IMG/VR virus record: IMGVR_UViG_3300037420_000490
Coordinates: 1-39,963 of that record
Source: a virus
Taxonomy: Duplodnaviria; Caudoviricetes
Strand: one strand, 5' to 3'
DNA: 39,963 nucleotides
The notes under the pieces are model-generated. The model was given only the letters and a program-made list of their open reading frames with translations, was not told the origin of the DNA and searched no databases. The translations under genes and the position numbers were made by a program. This document shows, one piece after another, positions 15,615 to 25,120 of the stretch. Within the stretch, counting starts at the first letter, position 1, and each line of letters starts with the position of its first letter.

Positions 15615-18539
15615 GTGGACACACAACAGTTTCTCGACGCTGTCCTGCCGCAGGGTGGGCGGCGTTGCATCGGGGCGCTGAGCCGGGGTGAGTTCCAAAA
15701 TTTCTATGGCAGCTCGAACGAGTGGGCGAGCAAGGCCGTCACCAGTATCGACGCAGCTGGGCATGACGCCTACTTCGCTCTAGGGGGCTATGGTCCCGAT
15801 CGGAACCGCCGACAAGCTAACGTAGTTGCCCTCCGCTCGTTCTGGATCGACATCGACACCAACGAGAACGGCAAGGGTCGCGCGAAATACGCTAACCGCA
15901 AGGAGGCGGTCATCGAGCTGCGGCGCTTCACGCGCGAGCTCGACCTGCCCGAACCCCTCCTCGTCAGCAGCGGCAACGGCGTGCACGCGTACTGGCGGTG
16001 CGACGAGGACATCTCACCCGACGCCTGGAAGAAGACCGCGACGCTGCTCAAGCGCGCGTGCAGGACCTGGGGCCTCGATGCCGACCCGACCCGCACCGCG
16101 GACAGCGCCAGCGTCCTGCGCCCGATCGGCACGCGCAACCACAAGGGTGAGCCCAAGCCGGTCAAGCTGCTGAGCGCTGGCGAGGTCACCTCCCATCCCG
16201 AGTTCCACCTCCAGCTCGAGCAATATCTCGCCGATCGGGGCATCTCCATCGAGGAGAGCCCGGTCGAGAACCTCAACTCGGACCTGATCTCCAAGCGCGA
16301 GTTCCTCCCCTCCCACGCCGACCTCATCGCCGAGAAGTGCGAAGTGATGCGGGAGATCCGCGACTATCCGGCGACCGTCGAGGAGCCGGTGTGGTACGCC
16401 GGCCTGAGTGTGCTGTTGCACACGGTCGAGGGCGAGGCTGCGTGCCACGAGTGGTCCAAGGGTCACCCGCGCTACAGCAAGGCCGAGACCAACGCCAAGA
16501 TCGCCAACGCGCGGCCGTACGGCCCAGCCACCTGCGAGCGCTTCTCCGACCACCGCCCAGGCGTGTGCGCGAACTGTCCGTTCAACGGCAAGGTCAAGTC
16601 GCCGATCTCGCTCGGGGTCAGCACCGCCCAGCCGCCTCCACCGCCGTCACCGGACAAGCTACCGCCGGACATGGCCGTGGCGCTGCGTGACGTCGAGTTC
16701 CCCGATGGTTTCGGCTGGACCACGGGGTCTGACGGTAAGCGGACCATGTGGAAGCGGGTCGTCCCGGAGAAGTCCGAGGACGAGACCGTCCCTCCTCCCG
16801 AGCCCACCTACAAATATTTCTCCAACGCCCTGTTCTTCCCGACCACCCGCGTGCAGCAGCGCGTCGGGGAAGATGCCCTCTACTCCATGGATATTGTAGT
16901 ATATGACGAGCAGGGCGAACGACGCACGTTCACGATGGACAGCGGCCTGGTCGCTGACGCTGGCACCATGGCCCAGGAGCTGAGCAGGAGAGAGATACCA
17001 GTGACGGCAGGAAACCGCGCGGTCGTGACCGAATATCTTGCTGCGTGGATCAACAAGATGCGGGCGGAATATACTAACACGCCGATGATCGAGCAGTTCG
17101 GCTGGACGCCCAAGGACGAGTTCGTCGTGGGCACCTCCCTCATCGCGCCCGGCAGCAAGTCACGCGCGATCCTGACGGACAGTGCTAACAACATGGGCCA
17201 GTATCTCAGCGAGAGCGGCGACCTGGAGACATGGGCAAGCACCGTCGATCAGATCTACAACCACCCGGGGCAGGAGCCCCTGCAGTTCTGCATCCTCGCC
17301 TCGTTCGCTGCGCCCCTGTGGGCGCTGTTTGAGGACAACTCCCGCGGCGGCACGGTGATCTACGCCCACTCCGCGGGCTCAGGCTACGGCAAGTCCACCG
17401 CCCAACGGGTGGGGCTGTCGGCATGGGGCCAGCACGAGCATCTGACGCTGCGCGATAAGAACTTTACGGAAGCTGCGCTGTATCAACATATCGGCGTAAT
17501 GAAAAATTTACTGGTGGTCGTCGATGAGATGACGAACGTGGACAAGCGGTTTGCCTCTGAGTTCGCTTACAACATGAGCGACGGTGTCGGAAAATTCCGC
17601 CTGACGCAGACTGCTGTCCACCGCAAGCCACTGAACTGGGCGACGATCGTCGCCATGTCCGGCAACACGATGATTACCGAGCGCATGTCCGAGGCGCGCG
17701 CCAACTCCGAGGCGGAGATGCTGCGCGTGTGGGAGTTCGGGGTGAACCGCAAGGGCCACCTCGACCCGAACTCCGCCATGCAGCTGTTCGGCACGTTCAA
17801 CAAGCACTACGGCGTCGCCGGGCGCAAGTACATCGAGTACGTCGTCGCTAACCTGGACGAGGTGCGTAAGCAGCTGATGCACACGCGCATGACGTTCAAC
17901 ACGCGCATGAACATCACCCAGGGCGAGCGCTACTGGTCGCAGCTCCATGCGTGCGTCCTCACCGCGCTCTCCCTCTGCCGCGAGCTCGACATCCTCAAGT
18001 TCGACATGACGGCCATGGTCAAGTGGATCGCCACCACCTTGGCGGCGAACCGCTCGGGCATCACGCAGAACGTCTCGACGCCGCTCGACCAGTTCGCTCA
18101 GATGCTAACGGAAATCACCAGCGGGTTCATCGTGACCCGCGGCGAGGGTCACCTCACCGTCGGCGCGCCCGCCGAGATCCTGATCCACCCGCACGGAGCG
18201 ATCACCGGCCGCCACATCCTGGCCGACCGGAATTGCCGGGAAGAGATGCTCATCCCGGTGGCCGTGGCCCGCGCATGGTGCGGAAAACACGGAATTTCTT
18301 TCAAAGATATGCATAACGATCTTGTTAACCGAGGAATGGCTGATAAGGATGTTAAGCGGGTCTCTCTCGGCAAGGGTACCGACAAGTACTCCGGCCTGGG
18401 CGGACCCGTGAAGTGTATGAGTATCCAGATGAGCAAAGTGCGTGCTGCGTCTGATGACGTGCCAGCAGCGCGTGCAATCGTCGGGGTTGTTACCGGGACT
18501 AGGGGAATTGACGATGATGTACGCCATGCTGCCGTTTAA
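15615..18539 (+). CDS. primase-helicase (RepB/AEP-like primase plus DUF927-type ATPase)
   Basis: FWIDID, SSGNGVHAYW, VLRPIGTRNHK; Cys cluster TCERF...CANCP; Walker A GSGYGKST, Walker B VVVDEMTN. Confidence 0.88.
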   Translation: MDTQQFLDAVLPQGGRRCIGALSRGEFQNFYGSSNEWASKAVTSIDAAGHDAYFALGGYGPDRNRRQANVVALRSFWIDIDTNENGKGRAKYANRKEAVIELRRFTRELDLPEPLLVSSGNGVHAYWRCDEDISPDAWKKTATLLKRACRTWGLDADPTRTADSASVLRPIGTRNHKGEPKPVKLLSAGEVTSHPEFHLQLEQYLADRGISIEESPVENLNSDLISKREFLPSHADLIAEKCEVMREIRDYPATVEEPVWYAGLSVLLHTVEGEAACHEWSKGHPRYSKAETNAKIANARPYGPATCERFSDHRPGVCANCPFNGKVKSPISLGVSTAQPPPPPSPDKLPPDMAVALRDVEFPDGFGWTTGSDGKRTMWKRVVPEKSEDETVPPPEPTYKYFSNALFFPTTRVQQRVGEDALYSMDIVVYDEQGERRTFTMDSGLVADAGTMAQELSRREIPVTAGNRAVVTEYLAAWINKMRAEYTNTPMIEQFGWTPKDEFVVGTSLIAPGSKSRAILTDSANNMGQYLSESGDLETWASTVDQIYNHPGQEPLQFCILASFAAPLWALFEDNSRGGTVIYAHSAGSGYGKSTAQRVGLSAWGQHEHLTLRDKNFTEAALYQHIGVMKNLLVVVDEMTNVDKRFASEFAYNMSDGVGKFRLTQTAVHRKPLNWATIVAMSGNTMITERMSEARANSEAEMLRVWEFGVNRKGHLDPNSAMQLFGTFNKHYGVAGRKYIEYVVANLDEVRKQLMHTRMTFNTRMNITQGERYWSQLHACVLTALSLCRELDILKFDMTAMVKWIATTLAANRSGITQNVSTPLDQFAQMLTEITSGFIVTRGEGHLTVGAPAEILIHPHGAITGRHILADRNCREEMLIPVAVARAWCGKHGISFKDMHNDLVNRGMADKDVKRVSLGKGTDKYSGLGGPVKCMSIQMSKVRAASDDVPAARAIVGVVTGTRGIDDDVRHAAV

Positions 18540-18693
18540 TGAAGATGATCCAGATCAGGCCGACGAGGATTTTTACGCCTCCGACGAGGAGGTCGCGGAA
18601 ATCCTTGCCGAAGTCATGCCCATCGATATATGGCCCTCGCGCGTCAGAGCCGCGATCGCCTCAGGATGTGAGCTGATCGACTCCGACTACTAG
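18514..18693 (+). CDS. small acidic hypothetical protein
   Basis: AGGGG then ATG at 18514; overlaps the primase end. Confidence 0.4.
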   Translation: MMYAMLPFNEDDPDQADEDFYASDEEVAEILAEVMPIDIWPSRVRAAIASGCELIDSDY

Positions 18694-18740
18694 GTAACCG
18701 GTTACATCCGGTGCGCCTAACACCGGAAAGGATCGGTCCG

Positions 18741-19025
18741 ATGGGTGTGATGTTCTTCCTCGCCGCAGTTGTTGCTGGAGGCTCGGCTCCAGCCGACGCG
18801 ATGCGGGTACCGGTGCCAGTGCGCTACCGGTACGTGTACGAGGAATCCAAGCAGATCTGCCCCCACATGTACGACCTCATGATGGCCAAGTCCTCGAAGG
18901 CCAGCACCGACTACAGCGTCGAGGCTGGCCAGGCGCGGGGCATGAGCGAGAACGAGGTCTGGCTGCTCAACATGTACTGTGTGAGCTACATCAGCGGCCG
19001 CACCGAGGGCCAGTTCAGCCGTTAA
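18741..19025 (+). CDS. small secreted/periplasmic protein with two Cys
   Basis: GAAAGGA RBS; signal-peptide-like MGVMFFLAAVVAGGSAPADA; converges on the giant virion gene. Confidence 0.6.
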   Translation: MGVMFFLAAVVAGGSAPADAMRVPVPVRYRYVYEESKQICPHMYDLMMAKSSKASTDYSVEAGQARGMSENEVWLLNMYCVSYISGRTEGQFSR

Positions 19026-22000
19026 TCCTCTTCGTCGTCCTCGACGTCGGTCAGGTCGTTGATCTGCTGCACGGCGCCTCGCGACGTGCGGGTGTACTGG
19101 ACGCCGCCGAGCGTGTTGCGCTCGCGCTTCATGCGCTCTTTCGGTGCCCGGATGAGGTCTGACAGCGGCTGGCGCTTGTAGCCGGCCTTCGCGCGTGCTG
19201 CCTGCAGGTCCAGCCAGTCGTGGCGGAGCTTGTCCTGGGCCCTCGCGTCCTTGGCCGCGGCCGCCTCGATGTACTGCTTGCGGATGTCGGCCGTGCGGTC
19301 CTTGAAGAAGTCCTCGTCCTTGAACGCCTGGTCGCGGTTGAACTGCCGTGCCGAGCGGCTCGAGGTGTTGAGCCCCAGCAAGCCAGCGAAGGTCTCCTCG
19401 GGCGGGATGTCCTTGCTGAGGACCTCACCGCGGCTGTTGGTCTCGCCCGTGGTCGCCTCGCGGATCGACTTCGACGCCGCCATGAGGCCGCGCGGGAGCA
19501 TCTTCTCGATGCCCTTCCAGGTCTCGCCCTTGCTCATCAGGTCGAGGCCGCCCGCCATGTTGCGGAAGATGCCGCCGATCATAGGCCCGAGCAGCTGGGT
19601 GACGTAGGCGTCGTACGTCTTCTGATCCATGGGCGTGTCGGCGTACGGCGCCAGCGACAGGACGTTGCCCTGCCCCAGCGAGCCGGTGAGGTTCAGGCCG
19701 CCGAGCGACGGAGCGCCGTTCAGCAGCAGGTTGGCCAGTGCCGGGTCGCCGATCGCAGTACGCAGGTCACGCTCGGCGTCCGGGCGCTTGTTCTCGTCGC
19801 CGTCGATGCCGGCGAGGGTCTGGTACAGCGTGCCGATCAGCGCGGCGCCGGGGAGGCCCAGCGCGCCGGCGACCACTGCGGCATGGCCGAGCATGAAACC
19901 CAGTGCACGCCTGGCAACCGCCCGCTCCGCGGGAGAGATGTCTTTCCCGAAAAACCCGTTATGGATGTTTTGTGCGTACAGCTGGAGCTGCATCAGCTGG
20001 AACTTCTTGAACTGCAGGATAACGCGGGCGGGCGCCGGGCGCATGAACCGCGGGGCGTTCATAATGTCGTACGTGCCGTGGGTCTCGTCGATCAGCTTGA
20101 GCGCGTGGCCGGCCGAGACAAACTGGGACTCGGTCATCGGCGTCAGGTCCGGGTGGGCCTCGCGGAAGTCCGCCAGGTAGGCCGCGTACGCCCCCTCGTC
20201 GTGGAGGTTGGGGACGTCGCCCTTGGCGCCGTTCTTGAGCTCGTACATCATGACCCCGGTCGCCAGTCGGTTGATCGCCTCGGTCTTGCGGGTCAGGGCG
20301 CCCAGCCGCGAGAAGACCTTGCGCACGGCGTCCTTGGCGAAGCCGCGGCCGTCCGACTTCCAGTCGCCCATGTCGTGGCTGATACCGATATCGAGCCGGC
20401 CGCGCTCCGCGAGATAGTATGCCAGCGGCTGCCACTTCTCGGGCAGCTGCTCGATCTTGAGCTGGCCTGTGAGGCTGGTGCCCCGCCACGCGTCGCGGAC
20501 GGCGCCGTAGCCGTTGAACAGGTGGCGCCAGGACTTGGCGTAGCCGTGCTCCGCCGCGGCGATCGGGATCGACATAACAGCCGGCTGCGACATCTGCTGG
20601 ATGAAGAACGACGGGCTGGTCAGCAGCATGTAGAGCGAGGTCACCGCGGTCATCTTGTCGGCGATCGCGTTCTGCGGAGTCGGCGCCAGTGAGCGCACGT
20701 AGCGGGCGATGATCTCCTGCTTGAAGTTCTCGCGCTGTTCGCGACCCTCGGGGTCGCGCTTGCCCTCCGGGCGGGCGGCTTCCTGGTCGAGGTGACGCAG
20801 GGTGTCGAGGATCTCGCTGTTCTTGTGAAGCGCGGCGATGAAACGCGCGCTTCCGCGGCCGTGCTGGATGACGCTGCGGACCATGTCGAAGTCGCCGCCG
20901 GCGACCTTGAGGCGGGTCATCTCTGCCTTGCGCGAGCTCGTCGACGCCAGGGTGGACAGCATCAGGTCCGAGATCATCTTGTGGAGGGTCGCGCGTTCAC
21001 GGGCCGAGCCGACCTGCTCGTCGACCATCGTGCGCACGCGCTGAAACGCCCCGAGCATGTCGCGGCCGCCGAACAGCTCCTGGCGAGCCTTGTCGCGGGT
21101 GAACACCTCGACATCGGGGCCGTACTGCTTCGTGAGCGCACGCTTCGTGGCCTCGGCCTGTGCGCGACTCTCGACGAAGTCGACGAAGTAGTGGTTCGGG
21201 TCGGTCTTGAGATCGTCGAGCGTGTCCATGCGGCCAGCGGCGTGAGCCTCGTCCTCCGCGGCGACGAACTCCGGGGAGCGGGCCACGACGACATAGTTAC
21301 CGAAGCGCCGGATCGGCGCGTACGGCTCGTTGAGGTTGACGTCGAACAGGCGGTGATACCGCTTCATGTCCGCGGCCAAGCCATCCTTGGCTTCCTGCAC
21401 AGCCTCGGTGAGCTTGGCGATCGTGCCGGCGGGCTCTCCCGCCTTGCTGGCGGCGTCGAGCCTGTCCTGGGCGGCCTCGATCATCGCCTGATGCTCGCCC
21501 TGGACGAACGCCTTGACGGCATCCCAGGTCGCGTGGAGGGTCTCGTGCGGAAGCCGGAACGCGTCCTCGAGGATCTTGCGGGCATCAGCCGGCAGCTCGT
21601 TGAAGCGAGCGGCCATCTCGGGGTCGACATCGACCTTCACGGCTGCACCGGTCTGGTCCTTGAGCCAGCTGGGCTCGAACGCCCACTTGCCGCCCATCAC
21701 CATGTCCTTGACGATGCCGTTCACGGTGTCACCGCCGCGGCCGCGGAGCTTAGCCGAGAGCTTGTCGAAGCGCTCGGTGAGGGCGGCGTACTGCTGCTCG
21801 ACGCTCTCCTGGATACCGACGCGGTCGTTCAGCAGGCGCTGCAGGGTCTTCGCGGACTTGAGGCCGCTCTTGGCCGCCATCTCGGAGAGCTTGGGGCCGA
21901 ACGCCATGATCGCGGCGACCTTGGAGCCCTTGCCGCGGAAAGTGTCTGTGACGGCGAGCGCCGCGCCGCGCAGCTCGGACGGAAGTTTCTCGATATTGCG

Positions 22001-25000
22001 CTCTGCGTCCTTGAGGGCGGCAGTGCGCTCCGCGAGTTGCGGCGTGAAGCCCTCTTCCTCGAGCTGCGTATGCAGTTCCTCAACCGTCGGAGCCCGGTCC
22101 ATGATCTCCTTGGACACGCGCAGGACCTCGTCCAGTGCACTCGTGTCGTCCGGTCGAAGTCCGAGCACCCGGCGGATCGCGTCGACGATCCGCTGCCACA
22201 TCGTCTTCTCGGGGCTGTAGGGTACGGTGTTGAGGTATTCTTGCGCCTCGGGGTCGGTCAGTGCCCAGGCCAGCAGCTCGTGTTCGTCATCGAAAGCGTT
22301 GTTCTTGCTCTCGAGGAACTGTCGCACGATCGCCGGCATCTCGGCGCCGCTCAGCCCGTTGATGTGTTCGTGGACGCGCGCCAGGACGTTGTTCAGGCCG
22401 TCGACGGCGGCCTTCATCTCCGGGGAGGTCGGGAAACCATGCTTGCTCGCCTCAATCGCCACCATCGTTGCGGCGTGGGCGAGCTCGTGCGTGGTCGTAA
22501 CGTAGTTAGTGCCATGCTCACGATCGAGGAGGATCTCGATCTCTCCGCGGTCCGGGTGCATGATGGTGAGGCCGCGTGAGCCCTCGAAGCCCTCCGGCAT
22601 CTTGTCTACGATGCGAGGGATGAACTTCCACTTGCCGACGCTTAGGCGGTTGAGGGTCTGGTTGATGTGATCGAGAACTCGCTTGTCCGCCGGACTGGGA
22701 GCCGCCTTCTCCAGTTGGCCCTGGACCTCACGCATCGACACGCGCCCCTTGGTGTCCGAAATCAGGGGGAGGGCAGCGTTAAGCCGTTCAGTCTGAGCTG
22801 GTTTGGCTGCGTCCCCGAAGATTTTGCCCGCGCGTGCGGTCTTCGCGTCCTCGATCGCCTGGGAGATGACATCGGGCTCAGCCCCGTTTCGCACGAGGTT
22901 GTTGAGTTTCAGGCGATCGCCGGCAGTGATCTGCTTAGCCTTGAGGGCCTTGTCGATCGACTTGGACAGGTCGCCCAGACGACGGGCCTTATCCAGGCCC
23001 TCAGGCTCCGTGCGGGCCGGTTCGGGGGCTTTTTCGGCGGGTTTCGCTTCCTTAACTTGTTTAGACGCCTCCTGGGCTCGTTCAGGACGAGCCTCCGCAC
23101 TCTCGGACGGCCGCTTGGACTGTACGGGGGGCGTTTTCCGGGGTTTCTTGGCTGCCTCGACACGCTGGCGTACCTCGGCGCGTTTCTCGGCCTTCGGCTC
23201 GGGGCGCGGCTCAGCCAGGCGCATGGCCTCAGCTTCGGTCAGCACCGGCTCCAGGCGACTGCGCTTGAGGCGAGCGATGAAGTACTTGGTTGGGTTGCGC
23301 AGGTTCGGCTTGCTCAGTGCCTCGTCGAGGAGCGCCGCGCGCGCCTCGTCGGGCGCCATCGCTCCACGCTCACGTATTGCCGGTGCGCTTGCTTCTGGCG
23401 GCGGGGCCTGTTCGCCGACTTCCACCGCGCCCTGGTCCTTGGCCACGCCCTCCTGCGCCATGGCGTCCAGGGACTTGGTCCGATACTCGTCAGCGATCTC
23501 CTGCGCGGCGTCGAGGACCCGGGTACGGGTCTCGATCGTCTCCGGCTTGATGCTGGCGTGCTCGAGCTCCTGGCGCTGGTCGATGATGTAGCCCTCGAGC
23601 GCCGGCACGTTGTCGTTCGCCAGGTGCTTGGTGACCGCGGTGAACACCTTGTAGACGTACGGGTCACGCGGTCGAGGCGTGTCCATCGACGTACCGGTCA
23701 TCTTCTTGGCGACCGCGGCCTCGCCGACCGAGCCCTGGAGGCGCTGGAGAATCTCCTTGGGGCCGAACTCAGTCCGCACGGTAGCAGTGGGTGTGCGATC
23801 GAACAGGCCAGGCTGGGATGCATCCGGCAACTGCGTTGCAGGCTGACCCGCCAGCTGCGCCGCGGGAGCCTCGGGCACCGGCATGTCCGGATGGGTATCG
23901 AAGAGGTTGCCCTGGGCACCTTCCTGAGCGCCGTAGAACGCGGCGCGGCGGACCTCGTTCGGGTCCGGCGGCATGTTCGTGAGCATGTCCGGCTGCTGGT
24001 CGGCAGATGCGGCTTGCTGGCGGAGGCGCTGGTCCTCGTAGGCGCGTACTTCCGGCGTGTAGTGCTGCTGGTCGAACGCTCCGAGTGCGTCTTGGGCGGT
24101 GTAGAAGCCCTGAGTGTCGCCCTGTCGCGCGGCCTGAGCCACAGACTGGGTGAGCTGAGAGCGATGCGCCAGGAGATCATCGAGATCTGCGCGGGCGGCG
24201 GTGACGTCGGTCGACGGACGTGGGGGCGGCGGCCCGTGCATCGTCGGGTTCTGCTCCGGCTCCATCCCCTCGAAGAGGTCGCGGCGGGGCGTGTCCTCAC
24301 TGGCCGTGCGCAGGAGATCCGCGGGACGGCCGGACTGGACATTCTCCTCGACGGTCGGCCGCTGCGAGAATACCCGCGAGTTCATATCGCGGATCGCGGA
24401 CGGGATCAGGGCTCGCGTCGGCGCCATGACAGCCCGGCCGAGGGCGGTTTCTTTCTGGCCTAGCAGCCCCATACCGGCCTGCAACGCCACCGCGGTGGGG
24501 TCGATCTCACCGGTGTGATAGTACTCGAAGCCGGCTTCCTGCCCGCCCGCTACCGCGGCGTTGACCCCGGCGTTGATACGAGCGGCTCGGATCGCGGCTG
24601 CGGCCTCCGGTGTGGCCGCATTGCCGACCCTGCCCAGGGCCGCCAGGCTGGGGCGGAACGCGAGCAAGTTCGGGGCCACCTCACCGACCATCGAGGCATA
24701 CGGATGCTCGGCGGTATCGGCCTGCACCTGCTCTGGCGACTGGCCAAGAGCGGAGGCTACGGCGGGATGGTCCGCGAATGCCTGCTGCTGGAGCTGTGAC
24801 GCCTTATAGGCGGCGTAAAGGCCAGCTCCAGCCCCGCCGACAAGGGCGCCGGCGGCGGTCCCGATCGGGCCAGCGACAGAACCGATCGCTCCGCCGATCT
24901 CGGCGCCAGGGGCGGCGGCGGCGAGACCGGCTGCGGCGGGGGCGGCGCCGCGGACGAACCCGCGGCCGAGTGCGCCCATGGTCGAACTGTCGTCCGGCTG

Positions 25001-25120
25001 CTGTCCTTGATCCTGCGGCAGGCCATAGCGCTCCGCGGCCATGGCGTACGCCTGCTCGATCGATGTCCCGTCGTCGAAGACGCCGACACCCACTCCGGGG
25101 ATGAAATACCTGACGGGCAT
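19022..25120 (-). CDS. giant internal virion/ejection protein (2032 aa) with zincin-like HExxH and PLxRFG-type domains
   Basis: Last gene of the virion operon; HELAH plus downstream HELLAWALTDP; YAPIRRFGNYVV; Gly/Ala-rich hydrophobic N- and C-terminal regions. Confidence 0.8.
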   Translation of the reverse strand: MPVRYFIPGVGVGVFDDGTSIEQAYAMAAERYGLPQDQGQQPDDSSTMGALGRGFVRGAAPAAAGLAAAAPGAEIGGAIGSVAGPIGTAAGALVGGAGAGLYAAYKASQLQQQAFADHPAVASALGQSPEQVQADTAEHPYASMVGEVAPNLLAFRPSLAALGRVGNAATPEAAAAIRAARINAGVNAAVAGGQEAGFEYYHTGEIDPTAVALQAGMGLLGQKETALGRAVMAPTRALIPSAIRDMNSRVFSQRPTVEENVQSGRPADLLRTASEDTPRRDLFEGMEPEQNPTMHGPPPPRPSTDVTAARADLDDLLAHRSQLTQSVAQAARQGDTQGFYTAQDALGAFDQQHYTPEVRAYEDQRLRQQAASADQQPDMLTNMPPDPNEVRRAAFYGAQEGAQGNLFDTHPDMPVPEAPAAQLAGQPATQLPDASQPGLFDRTPTATVRTEFGPKEILQRLQGSVGEAAVAKKMTGTSMDTPRPRDPYVYKVFTAVTKHLANDNVPALEGYIIDQRQELEHASIKPETIETRTRVLDAAQEIADEYRTKSLDAMAQEGVAKDQGAVEVGEQAPPPEASAPAIRERGAMAPDEARAALLDEALSKPNLRNPTKYFIARLKRSRLEPVLTEAEAMRLAEPRPEPKAEKRAEVRQRVEAAKKPRKTPPVQSKRPSESAEARPERAQEASKQVKEAKPAEKAPEPARTEPEGLDKARRLGDLSKSIDKALKAKQITAGDRLKLNNLVRNGAEPDVISQAIEDAKTARAGKIFGDAAKPAQTERLNAALPLISDTKGRVSMREVQGQLEKAAPSPADKRVLDHINQTLNRLSVGKWKFIPRIVDKMPEGFEGSRGLTIMHPDRGEIEILLDREHGTNYVTTTHELAHAATMVAIEASKHGFPTSPEMKAAVDGLNNVLARVHEHINGLSGAEMPAIVRQFLESKNNAFDDEHELLAWALTDPEAQEYLNTVPYSPEKTMWQRIVDAIRRVLGLRPDDTSALDEVLRVSKEIMDRAPTVEELHTQLEEEGFTPQLAERTAALKDAERNIEKLPSELRGAALAVTDTFRGKGSKVAAIMAFGPKLSEMAAKSGLKSAKTLQRLLNDRVGIQESVEQQYAALTERFDKLSAKLRGRGGDTVNGIVKDMVMGGKWAFEPSWLKDQTGAAVKVDVDPEMAARFNELPADARKILEDAFRLPHETLHATWDAVKAFVQGEHQAMIEAAQDRLDAASKAGEPAGTIAKLTEAVQEAKDGLAADMKRYHRLFDVNLNEPYAPIRRFGNYVVVARSPEFVAAEDEAHAAGRMDTLDDLKTDPNHYFVDFVESRAQAEATKRALTKQYGPDVEVFTRDKARQELFGGRDMLGAFQRVRTMVDEQVGSARERATLHKMISDLMLSTLASTSSRKAEMTRLKVAGGDFDMVRSVIQHGRGSARFIAALHKNSEILDTLRHLDQEAARPEGKRDPEGREQRENFKQEIIARYVRSLAPTPQNAIADKMTAVTSLYMLLTSPSFFIQQMSQPAVMSIPIAAAEHGYAKSWRHLFNGYGAVRDAWRGTSLTGQLKIEQLPEKWQPLAYYLAERGRLDIGISHDMGDWKSDGRGFAKDAVRKVFSRLGALTRKTEAINRLATGVMMYELKNGAKGDVPNLHDEGAYAAYLADFREAHPDLTPMTESQFVSAGHALKLIDETHGTYDIMNAPRFMRPAPARVILQFKKFQLMQLQLYAQNIHNGFFGKDISPAERAVARRALGFMLGHAAVVAGALGLPGAALIGTLYQTLAGIDGDENKRPDAERDLRTAIGDPALANLLLNGAPSLGGLNLTGSLGQGNVLSLAPYADTPMDQKTYDAYVTQLLGPMIGGIFRNMAGGLDLMSKGETWKGIEKMLPRGLMAASKSIREATTGETNSRGEVLSKDIPPEETFAGLLGLNTSSRSARQFNRDQAFKDEDFFKDRTADIRKQYIEAAAAKDARAQDKLRHDWLDLQAARAKAGYKRQPLSDLIRAPKERMKRERNTLGGVQYTRTSRGAVQQINDLTDVEDDEED

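Noticed and set aside
18741-19025. Rap1a-type T6SS immunity protein (YCVSYISG motif)
   Set aside because: The C-x-x-Y-I-x-G motif lies at the C-terminus, whereas in Rap1a as I recall it sits N-terminal and is followed by a further Cys-Pro segment; the similarity is too thin.
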